From positions 1 to 64,000 of the IMG/VR virus record IMGVR_UViG_3300037852_000247: DNA of 64,000 nt; one strand, written 5' to 3'. Positions 63,372 to 64,000 of the stretch are shown here, piece by piece. Both the position numbers and the translations under genes were made by a program. The stretch comes from a virus (taxonomy: Duplodnaviria > Heunggongvirae > Uroviricota > Caudoviricetes). The notes below the pieces were generated by a model, which searched no databases, was not told the origin of the DNA, and saw only the letters and a program-made list of their open reading frames with translations. Position 1 is the first letter of the stretch. The number at the start of each line of letters is the position of its first letter.

Positions 63372-63596
63372 ATGTTAACGATCAAGCACGTGGAGTGCGA
63401 CGGCTACGAGAGCGTGCGTCAGGCGACCCACGTCGAACGCTGTCCGTGGAATGCGGACAACGGCGGGGTATTTGCCTACGGGGTGCCGGGGGAGGCGGAG
63501 CCCCTGCGCTTCGCCACCGGCAAGGTTTACGTCATGGGCGACGGCGGCAAGACCGTCGCCACATACAGCCTCGACTGCATACACCGCGAGAGATGA
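63372..63596 (+). CDS. Hypothetical small protein
   Basis: MLTIKHVECDGYESVRQ..., 74 aa. Confidence 0.35.
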   Translation: MLTIKHVECDGYESVRQATHVERCPWNADNGGVFAYGVPGEAEPLRFATGKVYVMGDGGKTVATYSLDCIHRER

Positions 63597-64000
63597 ATTC
63601 CGCGCTCGCCGCAGCCTTTAAGCGTCACGTCGCCGGCGATAGGGCAGCGGCGCTGCCCTATTACGAGGCCGGGCTGCGCCACGAGCCGGAAAATGCCAAC
63701 GCTTGGTCGAACTTGGCCGAGCTGCGCGCCCAGCTCGAGGAATACCCACGAGCGATCGCCTGTGCCGAGAGAGCGGTGGCTTTGGCGCCGGGCGACCCCA
63801 ACGCGGCCAAGAACCTCGGCATGATCCTGTGTCGTGCCGAGGCCTACGGCGAGGCCGAGGTATGGCTGGACCGGGCGGCGGCCCTGACCCCCGGCGGGTC
63901 GTGGTCGATCGCCCTCGATCGGGCCATCCTCTACTCCCGGACGGGACGTCTCGATGAGAGCGAGACGGAGTTTGTCGAGGCTCTCACCCGGGCTCCGAGC
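63593..64000 (+). CDS. TPR-repeat protein (5' part; probably host)
   Basis: Repeated 34-aa units with the A-x-x-x-Y-x-x-A-L...P...A-x-x-N-L-G pattern. The ATG overlaps the upstream stop (ATGA). Runs off the window. Confidence 0.55.
   Translation, partial: MNSALAAAFKRHVAGDRAAALPYYEAGLRHEPENANAWSNLAELRAQLEEYPRAIACAERAVALAPGDPNAAKNLGMILCRAEAYGEAEVWLDRAAALTPGGSWSIALDRAILYSRTGRLDESETEFVEALTRAPS

Overview
High-GC (about 63-66%) alphaproteobacterial-type DNA that reads as prophage across almost the whole window, with several low-GC 'moron' patches.

Layout, left to right:
- 0-3.5 kb: leftward early/lysogeny operon with a repressor-like HTH gene and a divergent promoter.
- 3.5-8 kb: rightward early genes (HNH-AP2 endonuclease, AlpA/Xis-like protein, tyrosine integrase).
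- 9.3-13.1 kb: a striking array of 14 genes, each separated by a near-identical ~24-bp junction motif.
- 13.1-19.2 kb: replication/recombination genes (beta-clamp-like, RusA, DUF1376, SPFH membrane protein).
- 20.9-21.9 kb: a SARP/BTAD-type regulator.
- 22.5-23.6 kb: a second tyrosine recombinase.
- 24.8-34 kb: ParB-methyltransferase fusion, small and large terminase subunits, portal, Mu-F-like head morphogenesis protein.
- 35-64 kb: a long, highly unusual block of repetitive, Gly/Thr/Asn-rich proteins (a 2299-aa giant protein and a mosaic family sharing exchanged segments), many carrying Sec signal peptides.
- 63.6 kb onward: the window ends in a TPR-repeat gene, probably host.

Most notable observations:
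1. The junction-repeat array, which includes a standalone ClpX-type zinc-finger protein.
2. Structured elements (one tRNA-like) embedded in frame at the same position in both integrase genes.
3. A 22-nt motif conserved at the 3' ends of three consecutive structural genes.
4. Tandem paralog arrays with conserved junctions.
5. Evidence of cassette shuffling among signal-peptide proteins near the right end.

All functional calls rest on motif recognition by eye. No database search was possible.
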